Origin: Raillietiella orientalis
Lineage: Eukaryota
DNA: 64,000 bases
NCBI GenBank assembly: GCA_036172245.1
Contig: JAYWIR010000050.1
Coordinates: 868,001-932,000 of the forward strand
Direction of reading: 5' to 3'
The notes under the pieces were generated by a model. The model had not been told where the DNA came from. It searched no databases and saw only the letters and a program-made list of their open reading frames with translations. This document shows, one piece after another, positions 38,728 to 51,700 of this stretch (positions within the stretch are counted from its first letter, which is position 1; each line of letters starts with the position of its first letter). The translations under genes were made by a program, and so were the position numbers.

Positions 38728-39802
38728 TTAAAAAAAAAAAAAAATGCTTCGCAGCCTCGTGTTGCTTCTTGCTTATCACTTGTGTGTCTACCCCGCAATG
38801 GATCTGTCGGATGAAGTGGGTTTCAAAGCGGTTCGCGTCTGATATTGCTGCACGATAACAAGACTTTTCTTCTTCTTCTTCTTCTTCTTCTTCTCCTCCC
38901 CTCGCGCCATTAGCGGCTCAAAGGAAATGCAACCCAAACACCCGCGTTCTCCCGAGACGGAAGACTCGTTTCTCTTGGAAGACGCGCCGAGGCGTTGACT
39001 TTTGGTCGCACGGAGAGCGCTCGCATCCGCTTCCCAGCACGAATGGAAAGATATCCGTACGCCCGAAATAACTTTCTCCCTCCGTGCGCCTCCGTTTCCC
39101 GGTGGGGTCCGTCGACTTCCCGGCTATCCCTCCTCTCGAATCACCCACCCACCATCCGCACAGCTTGCTCTGCGAGGCGACGGTCGGGAGGCGCCGCGCG
39201 CGTCCGGGACCGGAAAACCACCACGCTGCGGGACGCCGCCCTTCGAAACGGGGGCCCCAGGGTCGACCCCGACGTCGGCCACCCGGGTGGGTGGAGCGCG
39301 CCAGACGCGCCCTTCTGCGCTGCCTCGCGTGGAAGTTCGGCATCGCAGGGCGCAGCGGAGAAAGTCCCGGCCGACATCAGACGACCTTGCACGGGGATCC
39401 TCCTCCTTTCTTTCACTCCCCCCCTCCCCTCTCTCTCTCTCTCTCCCTTTTGTTTCTTTTCTTCTTCCGGACGCACATCTCATGAGGACGGTTTTCAATA
39501 TGCGCTCGATATGTTGCCCTCGCCGCGAACCCCTCCAGCCCCCTCCCCCCTCGTCCGGTGGTGGTTTCGGAAGAGTAATTTTCAGCAAATGGAGGAGCAG
39601 CGGCGGAAGCTGCGAGATCTCCCCTCCGAAAGGACTCCGAAACATCACGTGGATCTATTTCTACCGAGCAGATTTTTTTGCGTCCTTCTGCTTTTCTAAC
39701 CATTCTCCGGGAACCGTTGTTCGCACGGATCCCGGTGCAAGCGGCAACGAAAAGTCATCTTTCGGTCCGGGATACTCCCTACTTGTTGGCTGTTATTTCG
39801 CG

Positions 39803-40759
39803 ATGTACACATACAGACACGAGGCGGTGCATGTCAAAGGTGAGGGCCGATCGGATAGAAAGAAAGAACGAATGAGAGAAGCGGAAATGCATTGGGTCCA
39901 AACACGCGCATCCCCGTGTCGTTTTTCCACGTGGTCGCCATTTTTCTTCTCTCCAAACACTTCTGCCAGCGTGGAAGAAGCCTTTCGAAACCGTCTGCGT
40001 GGAATTCCTGGGAGTTCAGCCACTTTAGAAGCACCGCCGCTTTCCACTCCTCACCTTCCCCCCTCGAGTGGTTGAGCCACTCCCGGAGGCGCCGGAAGGA
40101 AGGCGTGGTAGCCACCGGGCAGGGCCGGGAGGTGGGTGATGTTAAAAAGCTCCCGTTCGAATTCCTGGATTGTCTGGAAAAATGTGCGGGCAGCATGCGT
40201 TGCCAAGGCGCTCGTTGCCCTGAAGGAGAAGAACAGTTCCTGGTCTCATCGCTGCCCACGTCGTCGGTTCTGCTGGATGGCACGCCGCATTTTGGAAAGT
40301 GCTCCACGGTGGACTTGCCAAGTGGCTCCATGAAGTCCGCCAAAGGCCCTTTTGGTCCCACGCACCTGCTGCCCGCACATTTTTCCAGACAATCCAGGAA
40401 TTCAAATGGGAGCTTTTTAACATCACCCACCTCCCAGCCCTGCCCGGTGGCTACCACGCCTTCCTTCCTGCACCTCCGGGAGTGGCTCAACCACTCGAGG
40501 GGGGTAGGTGAGGAGTGGAAAGCGGCGGTGCTTCTAAAGTGGCTGAACTCCCAGGAATTCCACGCAGACGGTTTCGAAAGGCTTCTTCCACGCTGGCAGA
40601 AGTGTTTGGAGAGAAGAAAAATGGCGACCACGTGGAAAAACGACACGGGGATGCGCGTGTTTGGACCCAATGCATTTCCGCTTCTCTCATTCGTTCTTTC
40701 TTTCTATCCGATCGGCCCTCACCTTTGACATGCACCGCCTCGTGTCTGTATGTGTACAT
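39803..40759. mobile_element. Palindromic mariner-derived element, copy 2 (arms ~39803-40195 and ~40367-40759, ~170-bp spacer) in alpha2-delta intron 1
   Basis: Near-identical 278-aa ORFs on both strands (39834..40670-, 39892..40728+); same family as 16130-16983 with the spacer in the opposite orientation. Confidence 0.93.
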
Positions 40760-43700
40760 TTGCTCCAGCGTGCTGCGTGTTAGTTGTGACCTGCAAACGT
40801 TTGAGTGATGCCATTCTCTGCGGAGGCGCAGGTCGTTTTGACGAGGAGTGGCGCCGAACAGGAAAAAGAAAAGGACGGAAAGGCAGCAGCAAAATTAATT
40901 ATCGAAATCACGGTCGCGATGCAACGGAACAACTGCGCTTCATTTTTTTATCCCCTTTCCTCCTTCCTCCGTCCCTCCTGCAAACAGCGAATTCCGATCT
41001 CCCGAACTGCAACTCGCCATTTCGTGTTCCGTACCTTTCGGAGGTCAAGAGCAGCCCGCGTTCGAAAAGACGGGAAAAGGGGGGCATCCCGAAAAAAAAA
41101 AAGAGGGAATCAGTCGACTACTTCCGCATAGCGTAAGCGAAAGTGGCAGCGCGCAAGATGACGCGATTCGGGGCGGGGGGGGGGGACTGTAGCTCTTGCG
41201 CGCCTTTCAGCTGAATCCAATCGAGGGAGCGAATCAAAACGCCGCACGCACGTTTAGGAAAGGGCGACGCGTAGGCGTGGGGGGGGGGGGACAACTACCG
41301 AGTGTTTTCAGCAACCGCTCTCTTGGCGCGGTTTTCGCGCCTCCTCCTCCGCTTGCCGGCCGCAGCGCATCTCTGGCGATAGGAAAACCACGGGCGAAAC
41401 AGCTTTGGGCTTGCGGTCCCCGCGCTGAATGGCGCTGCGCCTTCGGGAGCTGCAGCCCGCGGATCCGGGAGCGAGCGGTCCACTTCATTAGGCGAGACAC
41501 GGGAAAGCACCTACCTTGCTTCCTGACTAGAAGATGCTTCGTCGAGGCCCATCGATAGGATCTGGCGCCTCCATCTTGGCTTCACGTCACTTCCGCGCAG
41601 TCAACCTTCGGAAAAGAAACTCGCGGCTCCTTGCTGAAAACTCATGGGAAGCTTTTCCTGAGTTCTTCTGCTTCGCTGTTGCCCTTCCAGCTTTGTCTTT
41701 CTTTCGGCTTTCCTTTTGGCTCGCCAAGTGCTGAAGAACCGCTCGCCTCCTTGCGGAGGACTCACGAAGCTCTTTGACGTTGTCCGCGCCACCCTGGGGT
41801 GCGTGCAAATCTTCTAGTTATAGAGGGGGATCCTGAAGGGGACCACCCTATGAATCCGGGAAGGTTCCCGAGGAAGGGATCCCTTCCTTGGGAGGACCAT
41901 GGGACTCTTGGGTGGGGAATCCCCGAAGGAAGGGAAGAACCTCTTCTTCATCCTCTCCGGAGAGACCCCCAGGAGGGGACCGCTCCTAGTTTCCTCTTCC
42001 TCTGAAGGAAATCCCGAAGGGATGCTTTCGAATTTTCCCTGGAAGTTCGTTCCCGAAGGGAGCAGCGCACTTCTTGGCACTCTGGAGATCCACTTCCGGA
42101 AGGGGGTATTAACCAGCTCCGTGGTGCGGGATGGAAGGTGCCCCCCCGAGAGGTGGGAACGCTCTCCTTTCGCAGCCGGAGGAAAACCCCGAAGGACCCT
42201 TTGATGTCCTGGAAGGACCCCGGAAGGTCGACTTCCAATCCCAAGTGGTCGACGGAGGCATCCGGCGGTTTCCGGCTTCCCACTGGTGCTGCCGCACCCG
42301 AACCAGTGCCATCCTGCAGGGGACACTCAAAACCCACGGCGCACTCCCTTCATTTCTCGGCGTCGATCCTTCTCCAGGTGACGCCAGGCGCGCGACGCCC
42401 GGCGCCACGCGCGGAGACCGCAACCACCATGGCCTCCAACGCGGGCGCGTGACAGCCGGGGACGTTTATTGGAAACCGTGAGCAGAGGACCCGAACGGGA
42501 CCCCAGTTCCCGCCAAAAGTCCTGACCTCGGGATGACAAGGATCGCGTAGCTGTCCTGCCGACCAGCTGGGTCGGTTTCGGAGAGGTACGGAGGGGGAGA
42601 GGAGAAGCGAGTCGGTGCCGTTTGAAGCTCCCGGCGGTGTTCCGGGAGACCCTCCTCGCGCGCCGAAGTCCACGCGCCGACTCCCGAGAGAAATCGGGAG
42701 CTCCGGGACCAGATTTTTCTCTTCGGGAGCCGGGCGGCGAATTCAAAATGCCAGCGTATCTCGAAACGGTTTCCGGTCCTCCCCGCGGGTCCGAGTCTTC
42801 CCTCGACCCGACGCCCGCCGAGCCCGAACGCTCGCGATCGAGGCCTCCACGTGGCCTCGGCGTCCGCAGCGGTTCGATTCTGCAAGGGCTGCAGAGGAAG
42901 GCTCCCGGTGCGCGCAAGCGCATTCCATGAGGTGAATGGGCGGGGCCGGTGTGGGTAGGGAGAAGGCTGTGAGCCTTCGCCCGCCCGCCTCCCCGACGCG
43001 TCCCCCCCAAAACTCGCTCCCCCCGTGATCCTGCGAGTGGTGTTGCCGGTTCTCCCCCCGCCTCTTTTCGACCTTCCGTGACGCGAGGACGTCGACGCTC
43101 CCGCTTTCCCTGGCTCCGTGCGTCCCTCCGCCCCCGGTCTCCCTCCCCCGCCTCTCGGCGGCTTTCCCCTTGGAGCTTGGTCCTCCCCTTCCTCTTCGGA
43201 CCGCTTCATCTTCCGTGCCTTCAAGAAGCGGGATCTTCAGGTTGCTGCTGCTGCTACTTCTGACTTCTAGTAGCAGCTTTCCAAACGCTTCCTTTCTTCT
43301 TTTCTTTCTTCTTGCACTGGAACGTCTTGTGAAAACGCCACCCCACGTGATTGCCGCGTTGAAGGCACGGCAGCGCCAGCGTGCGCGCCGCAGGCGGCAA
43401 GGATAGCAGCCTTGTCGTCGTCTTCGCCTCGTCCGTCGCAAGGCCCGGTCCCTCCTCTTCGTGCCCCCTTCCCCCCATCCCGCGCACCTGCCGCTTGAGA
43501 AGGTACGCTGGCGGGAGGAGTTCGGCTGAAGAGGGTCCTCCGCCCATCTCGTCCGCTTGTAAGCATCGGCGAAGGGGACAGTTTCCGCTCTGCCGTCGAT
43601 CGGCCGCCCCAGGGCCTCCCTCTTGGGGACCGAGCCGCGCGTCGCAAGCTGCCCTGCAACGGTCAAGGACACGCCTTGGTCGCTCCCGCCGCCGCCGCGC

Positions 43701-44031
43701 GCACCTTCTCCGGCAGTACCGACACCGCGGCGATTCACGAGTTCCGGCTGCTGCAGAGGGTGCACGCGCACCTCGGTCACGTGTCCACACGGTAGAGTGG
43801 CCTCGGTGTCTCCAGGGCACGCCAGTCCCATCCTTTCCTTTTCCATCCCCTGTCTCTTCTTCGCCGGTGGTCCCCTCCGTCCGCATGAGCATCGCAGCCT
43901 GCGTCTGCATCACGTCTTTGAGCCATGTTCCTCTTGCGTGCATGAGGTGAGAGGGGGATGCAGAAGCTGCATTGGATGAGGGAGTGAACGAGAGGACGTT
44001 GATAAAAAAAAAGCACTTCTTTGCTTTCAAG

Positions 44032-44113
44032 GGTGGAGCTGTGGAGCTACAACCTCGGCGTGCGGCTGTACGCCGGATGCCGCCAGGCGACCAGGGAGCG
44101 CAGCATCAGAGAG
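44032..44113 (+). CDS. alpha2-delta coding exon 2
   Basis: ttctttgctttcaag| ... GAG|gtaaac; (E)VELWSYNLGVRLYAGCRQATRERSIRE fits the alpha2-delta N-terminal 'V..W...G..L' helix; phase 2 to 0. Not in the ORF track. Confidence 0.8.
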
Positions 44114-44775
44114 GTAAACCTTGCCATTAATCCTCGGAAGCAGCATCCGCCGAGCATCAGCGGATGACGGATCGAACAGGCCGCTCGCGAGCACGAAGCA
44201 CCACGCCCCTCGCTGCCGGGAGCATCCGCACCGCCGTTGGGCACTGCGGGACGAAGAGGGGGCCGCTCCTGTTTGTCTCGGACTGCCCGAGACACGGGCA
44301 AACAGAGGGGACGTCCTGGTGCGGGGGCCGCCTCTCGGAGAACCCGTCTAGCTCAGCAGGAGCAGCGGGAGTGTCCCGCAAGAGGATAAATCACGCGGAC
44401 GTCGCTTCCAGCGACGGGAGGCGGGCACTCCCCGGCGGGCGAGAGGCAGACGGCGCAGGGTCGCCCGCCGCCCGGGGGAGGAAACAGCACTCGCTTGCTC
44501 GTTCCTCCCGGGACCGAACGGCCGGCAGAGAAGAGGCTGCAGGCCCGACCCGAGATGGAGACCGGGGCGCCGCCCCGGAAGAAGCGGCGGCGTCGCAGGC
44601 AGGCGGCTCCTCCCGCCTCCTTGGCGCCCCGTGGCGTCGTTCGCTTCGTGGCGCGACAAGAGACTGCGAGACTGCGGCTCCATTCCGCCGCCTCGCGTTG
44701 CGGAAGAGCAGCGAGGCTGCACGCAGGTCGGGAGGGAAGCTGCCCGCAACCGGAAGCGGCGATGCAGGCAGGGGG

Positions 44776-46177
44776 TGACGATGGCAAACAAGGGAGTAGG
44801 GAGGAAGAGGAAAGGAGGTGAAGGAAGGGTAGGAGTAGAAGATGAAACGAAGGAAGGGAGGAAGGGGGAACAAGATAGGGAGAAGGAGGAGAGGATGACG
44901 ACGGGAAACAAGGGAAGAGGGAGGAGGCAAAAAGGGGAGCGGAGGAGCGCGCCGTCCTGCCATCTCTGCGTCTCTATGGCGTTCCTGCTCTTCCTCGGTA
45001 TCCTTTTTTCTGCTTCGCAGCACCTTGACGCACTGTTCGTGTTGGCACACGACCACCTGTGAGCGGAGGCGAATCCCCGGAGCTCCAGATGCAGGCTCGG
45101 CCTGGAGTCCCGTTTCGGGATTGGCTGGTCGGAAACCTCCTCCTCTGTTCCCGAATCCGGCGGAGGCACCGGGCGGAGCCGGCGAGTCGCGGGCGTCCCG
45201 CAGCTGGCAGCAGAAATGGTGGGGGCGGCAGGCAAGGGAGGGGGAGGCCGATCGGACGCTGTCTGCAGCCCGCATGGCGAGAGCGCAATCCGCAGAGGAT
45301 GCGAGGGTTTCATCGGCACCAGGTGACCCGGCCGGCGGTGCCAGCAGGTGTCGCGGAGGAGCTGGATGCTGCGGCTCGAGTCTCCTTCGCGACGCGTCCC
45401 GCCAGGCGCCGCCACGTAGTGCGCGCGTCTGTGCCGAGTCGGTATCCCTGAGGAGGGAGGAGAGGCATCCTCAATGGTCAGCGGCGGCTCTCGCCTCGGA
45501 GCAGTCAGTCCGGGTTCTTGCGCCAACGAGCGGCAGGTGCAGCGACCCGCAGCCTTCCGCATCAGCTCGAAGAGGGAGGCGGCAGGCCCCTCGAGGTGTT
45601 GAGCTCAGGGGCTGCGGCGGTGCAGCGGTCCTTCCGGGGAGCGGTGCGCGCGTTTGAGAAACGGCAGAGACGAAGAGGTGCAGGAAGGCGTGCCCCGCCC
45701 GCCTGCATCCACCCCACGGAGAAGCGTCGAGGACGCGAGGGGCGCCCACCACGGTAAGGGCGGGCTGGGAGTTGGGAGAGAAACGCGCGCGGCGTGCCTG
45801 CCGATGCAGGAGTGGGGGATGCCTTGGCGACCGCGCTCGCCTCGAAGCGCATCGACCGAAGGATCGCACCCACGCCTACCGGGCGGGACAGCGTGGCGTC
45901 CCCCGGCGCATGGAAGCGGCGAGACGGCGACGGTGATCCGCGCTGGGGAGGCGCCGCAGGAGCGCTGAGAGGACTTGCGAAAGGGAACGGCGCGCGCCAC
46001 TCCGATGAGTGGTGGTGGTGCTGCTGCTGGAGGTGCAGCTCGGGTCGCTGACCCGCGACCTCTGGACGGCTGCGGTTGCCGGCAACTTGTTGAGGAGGAA
46101 AGAAGTGATGAAGTGGTACCGATTTCTCCGAGGCGGCAGCATGCGCCATCGTGCCACCGCACCATCTGGGAGTGGTC
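44776..46177 (-). repeat. Inverted copy of 6936-8338, in alpha2-delta intron 2
   Basis: See 6936-8338. Confidence 0.95.
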
Positions 46178-48325
46178 CTCGCAGTATCCCACTTTCAAAG
46201 CGTGGCAGGAATGAGTTTTTCCCGCAGGGCGTCGAAGTTCATTTTTCTGTCTTTTGTTCCCTTGCTCCCCGTCCCAAAGGATACAAAAGATGTAGCGCGC
46301 ACCATGGCAACTTGCATCTTTTCCACGGAGGCACACGTGGGCGCTTTCCTGCTCCAAGCCCACGGGTCAGGATGCAGGTGCGGGCCACGAAGAGAGACAG
46401 AAGTGGGACGGGAGGAAGTTCCGTGGACCGGGAGGCCGGGTGCTATGGAAACCGGCGGCGTCCCTGCACGGTTTTTCCTCATGTGAGGGAGTCTTGGTGG
46501 CGTTCCACTTCCCTGGTGCCGTCCCGCGACCTCCGCCTCTCTAGTTGATCTCCGTGAGCCTCCAGCTGGCTGATGCGGCAGAACCGCATCTCAGCGGAGC
46601 GAGGGGCGAGCCTCATCTCTGGGGGCGCCCGATACCTCACCCTCGAGAGAGTCGCCTTCCTCCTCCTCCCTCGCAGTAGAGACTTTCCCTCTTATCTCCC
46701 TCCTCCTTCCGTTAGCCGCGCACCATGGGGACTCTCCGAAATGTCTGATGGTCCTCTTTCCTCAAGAGTGCTGGTGCAGGCAGCCCCCTAGCCCCACTCC
46801 CCCTCCCTCGTTCTGCAGTTCGATTCCCGATTGACGCAGAGGTCGACTCGGGGCGGGAATGCCTGCGGAAAGGAAGTCTCCCATTGGAGGAGAAGCAGGG
46901 AGGGCTCCTCTGGTCGCCGCTAGGCGGCGGTCGCACCCGTCAACGGTGACGCTCCGGCAGTTGCTCACACCAAAGCGCGCGATCGATTGATGTCATGAGC
47001 TCGGTCAAGGGCGCCATCGGCAGAGGAAAGACCACGACACTATGAACTTGCTCTGGGTGGAACGAAGTCCTCGCTTTCGGAACAGCATCGTAGGTGGAAG
47101 AGGAAGCAGAAGAAGAAGAAAAAAAGAGGAAGAGAAGCAAGGTCACGGAGGAGACCTTTGGGGGTATTCAAATGAAAGTGGCCGCAACACGCCAATCCGT
47201 GTTGCGGCCACATCATGGCGGAGCAAACAGCCAATGGGAGCCGCTGCAATCCGGTGGCAGCCGCGGCTCCCGAGACCCGCGAAGGCCAGTGCGTTGCTGG
47301 CTCCACCGCTATGTCGTCTCCTTGGCACCTCAAGAAAAGGCTGGGGACGGAAAGGCGAAGTCTTCGATGGTCGCATCCCGAGCGCTGCCTGCCTGCTGGG
47401 GGCGAGCCACGAGGAAGAGACAGAGGGGTCATCGCCTTGGGAACGGCCCAGGAAGCGGGAGGTGCCTTCCCCCCCTTCCGTGGATTTCTTGCGTAGTTTC
47501 CTGAAGCCGGCCGCCTTGCTACGCCGGCATCATTGATAAGCGCAATGGTGCCGTGGATTCGGGAATACTGCGAAGAGGCGCAAGGAGGGAAACCGAAGCA
47601 TGCGCATATGAAGGGGTCACCCATGGGGCGAGATGGCACGCGACCAGCGTTCATGACCCGCATCTCGTGTTCGTACCGCGCGGACATCCTCGGAAGGAAC
47701 GTCCACCTTAGCGCCATTTCGGGCAGCAGCCTGCTCCTCGAGGCCCTCACTCGTCAGCTCCCCTCTTCCCGACGCGTTTTTCAAAGGACGTGAATTCCGT
47801 GTCTCTTCCTCCACCTGATCACGTTTGGGGGATCCGCAGCCAGCCACGCCCACAGCAGCGAGCTACGTGGAGCACCCCCCTTAGGGGATGCACTTTGATC
47901 TTAGCCAAAGGGCCGAGAAGCGGTGCTGAGAAGGAGGAGATGCTGGGCACGTCCTGTACCACTCGCTGTCCGTCCGTTCTCGGGCATGCGGGCTTTCGAC
48001 AAGGAACCGTGTGAACCACGAGAGGGTGCTGTGAGGAGCCACAGCTTCCTGGAGTCGATGGAGGTGTTACGGGGGCGCGCGTTCCGAGGTGTGCCTCCTC
48101 GACAGGACATCCAGGTTTTCCTACTCCTTCTGGTGGATGGAAGGGGAGGAAGTGAGGGTGGCCTCTCGCGTTCCGCATTCGAGAACTCTCGAGAAGGCGG
48201 ATGAAGCAGGTTCCGATGCCGTCGTCATTGGATTCCGTTGGATGTCGAGGAGGTGGGACGTCGGGGACGGACGTCGACCTGCGAACCGCGATCCTGCGCT
48301 TTCGTTTAAAGCCCGTCTTTTGCAG

Positions 48326-48436
48326 AACTACAAGAGGATGGGAGCCACCGTTCAGCAGGTCGACGGCCTGGTCATGGTGAAGCAGATGGCGCAAGACATT
48401 GAGATCATGATGAAGCACAAGATGCAAGCCATCACG
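48326..48436 (+). CDS. alpha2-delta coding exon 3
   Basis: cttttgcag|AAC...ACG|gtaagt; NYKRMGATVQQVDGLVMVKQMAQDIEIMMKHKMQAIT; phase 0 to 0. Confidence 0.92.
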
Positions 48437-48599
48437 GTAAGTCTGACCTCCGCGGCGAGCCGGGGCCGGAAGAGATCTTCTCTCTTCGACGATGCCTCCC
48501 ACGTCAACCGCGCTCGCGACGGCTCCTACGGACCTGGTGTTCGACTGCGGGACCAGCGTCAACTGTTGTTGAGCGGGGCAAAGGTGAAACGGAGCCTCG

Positions 48600-48790
48600 A
48601 ACTCGTGTGCTTTCGGAGGCTGCGTGCGGGGGCGCTTGCTCTGTGTCGGTGACGCAGGCTGCGCGTTCGTTGGCATGCGACAGGGAGGTTGCGCTGCAGG
48701 AGCTCGCTCGAAGACGCCGTTCACGAAGCTGTTCATCATCTCCACACGGGCTCTGCTCGAGATCACATCGTCGCAGATGCAGACGTCTCT
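48600..48790 (-). pseudogene. Degenerate histone H2B fragment antisense in alpha2-delta intron 3
   Basis: ISSRARVEMMNSFVNGVFER vs H2B ISSKAMSIMNSFVNDIFER; after a frameshift HAASESTRV vs HAVSEGTKAV. Confidence 0.75.
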
Positions 48791-51700
48791 CACCTCTCTC
48801 TCTCTCTCTTCCTCTCCCCTTTTGCGATGCCCTTCTTTACGGTCCTATTTTATGATTCGGGGATGGATGCGAAGAGGTCGTTTTCGTGCGATCACGCGAG
48901 AATCTGTCGCTTCGCGTCCCTCCGATGCTCGCGTGGCGGCTGGTCGGCTGGGACTGGCCGCCGACTCTTCCTCCCCCAAACGGACCGCGGGACACGCTTT
49001 TCCAGGATGTCGAGGGCGAACCCGAAGGAGAGACGACGGCGCCAGGAGCAGCTGACTGCCGTACCCCGGGCGTCGCGGAATTTCTTCTTCCTCTTCTTCT
49101 TCGACTCCGCTCGGAGCAGCCCAGATCGCCGGTTCTGCTCCCGCCTCTGATTTGCTTCGCACTCTGGTTGCGGGCTGTCCCAGAGGCTTGCGGCGGATCT
49201 TCCGGGAGGGAGATCGCCGGGATGCGCGGCGACCATGGCTAGGGATAGGCTCTTTACAAGAGGCGGGAAGGGAGGGGGAGAAACGGAAGGGAGAGAGAGG
49301 TGCGCGCATTTTGCCGAGCGCCGTTTCTTCGACCTGTCCATCTTCGTCGTTTCCGTCGAGAGAGAGGAGCGGTCCTCGACGGGTGTCGCAGATGTCACCG
49401 CCGGGATCGGAGCCGGGGGCCGTGCCAAGCGTGCGCCACCGTGGCAGCCTTGAGCGCTGAATAAAAGGCGTTGTTTCCGTCGTCGGGGGAAGGGGGGGGC
49501 TGCGCGAGTTCGCCCGCTCGGGCCTTTGACGGGGCCCGCCATTGCCGTCATGATCACAATTGAACACCTCGAGGCCAGGTAAGGTTCCAGAGCGCTGCCT
49601 GCCTGGCTTCCCACTCGCAACGCCGTTGCCGCTCGCGTTTTCTCTTCTGCCCCTCGCGAGGAGACGTGTGCGCCATTTCCGGAAACCCGGATGCACCGTC
49701 TCCACCGCCTCGTCCGACCATCCGACCACTACGGTTCGCTTTCCACGTTCGTCGTCCACCGGCTGGGGTGAGGGGCGGAGCGCATCGCGGGATTCGAACC
49801 CGCTCGGCTCCGGAGGGCTTGCGCCACCGTGCCAAGCGCTCGACCATTGTCCCTGCGCAGGAATAAAAAAAGCGTCATCGCTGTCCTCTGGTAATTCCAC
49901 CATGTAGGAAGGCACCATTACGCCTTTCCGTACGGTGTAAATGTGAGAGGGACGCAACGCACACACCGTACAGAACCTGGCAACACTTCACGCTTCACCT
50001 TGGAAACGCAAACTTGCCTGGCTCGCCTTCACCGACATTCTCTAGCCGGCCAACCTGACTGGATGCTTTTCCTCGGAAAGAAGGTCTTGCTATTCCAGGA
50101 CGAAGGAACACGACCTTCCACTCTTCTGTGGGTGGCTCCGCGCGTATCTTGGCTGCAGAGAAGCTCGGAGGAAAGGCGGTCTCGGGAAGCGAAAGAAGAG
50201 AAACCATCCAAGCGGGAAAGCCAGTCGGATCCTGGAATCTACCCTTCGGAGATCTGGAATCTGCGAAGGCGAGGCCAACATCCGAAAGCGAAATTCGATC
50301 GAAAAAGAGAGAGAGGATCCAAGTGGCCATTTTTTTCCCCCTCCCGGAATCAGTGAAATGGGAAGACGGGGTGCCTATGTGGACTCTCCGCCGATTCCTC
50401 ACTCCCCCATTTGCAAAGAAGCTGCTCGTCTGTGAAATCCCTCAGTCGACGAGACCTCTAATCGTGGGGGAGATTTCAAAAGAGAGAGAGAAAAAAAATC
50501 CTCAGTGCTTGATCAACGCTTCCGTTACCCCTCACCCCTCATCTCCGCGAGCTGTCTTACGCACCCTCCAGCAGAGTGCAGCGCACCTCTCAGGAACGAA
50601 CGGAAATACCTCGAGCTCTCCGCGAAAATCGGTGCCCGCTTCCGGTCCGGATGTATGTCACTCAGGGGGTCGTTGAGTCGAGGGGAGGGTCGCGCGTCTG
50701 GTGACCGGCTGCCCACCTGCTTTCGTCAGCCTCCCCTCTCTCCCTAGTCTGGTCGTCCTACGTGGTGGAATTCCCAGAGGGCAGAGACGACGCCTTTTGT
50801 GCCCGCTCGGCGACGGTGGTCGAGAGCGCGTGCTTGGCACGACGGCGAGAACCCCCCGCTGCGGAGCGCGAGACCTCCAGTTCAGATCTCGGCAGTGATC
50901 GACTTCATCCCAATCTTCGGAACGGGGACCGGGAGGGGAGAGGAAGGACGCTTCCGCTCGTTTCAAAGCGTCCTCTTCTTTTCCGGAAAGCACGCGGAGA
51001 GAGAGGGGGAGAGGAGGAGGGGGAAGAGGAAGTCGAGCAGCGCATGGAGGGCAGCAGCGGCTGCGGCAGAAAGGGCGAGGGTTCGATCGAGGATGGAAGA
51101 ACTGCGGCTCTCTATCCCGGCATCGATCGTGTCTCACCTCCGGCCCAGGATGGAATTCCCGCACAGGGAGGGAGTCCCTTCCGCACAAAAAAGCGCATTG
51201 CGTGAGGGAAGCTGCGACGTCGCAGCAGATCTCGAGCGCAGACGACAAAAGCACGGGAAAATTCCGAGGGAGGGAAAATTCTCGGTACAGCGGCAGCGGG
51301 GAGGAGAGAACTCGCGTCTCCCTGCGTTTGTAGGGCGTCTCGAGAAAAACGAGCCCTGCACAACTGCAGTCGATAAGCGTCGACGGGAAGCTGCGAGCAT
51401 CGCGAAATGCTGCATCCCTTGCCGATGAGGGACGAGCTCGTATTTCTCTCTCTCTCCGAGGGCGCTGGGAGTCCGTCGGGAAGTTCTTCTTCGACAGAGG
51501 GGGTTCCCAACAAAGAAAGACGAAAAAGGAGATGCCCTTGGCGCCAGAAAGCGGAAGCTGAGAGCAAGAGCAAGATCGTCCCGATGTTCCTAGAGGCTCC
51601 TCAGGCGGTCCAACTAATTCAAAAGGAAAAGAAGAGAGAGATCCTGCGAAGAGATAGATGCTTCAGGAGTTCCAGCGCTCGAGGACTCGCTCTCGTTGCG

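Noticed and set aside
39834..40728. Two 278-aa ORFs as a real protein-coding gene
   Set aside because: Mirror products of a palindrome; only fragments match mariner transposase and the catalytic motifs are degenerate
42327..46363. Long Arg/Gly/Pro-rich ORFs (e.g. 42743..43846, 44348..45562) as genes
   Set aside because: Overlapping ORFs in all frames, low complexity, no domains or codon bias; expected in GC-rich intronic repeats
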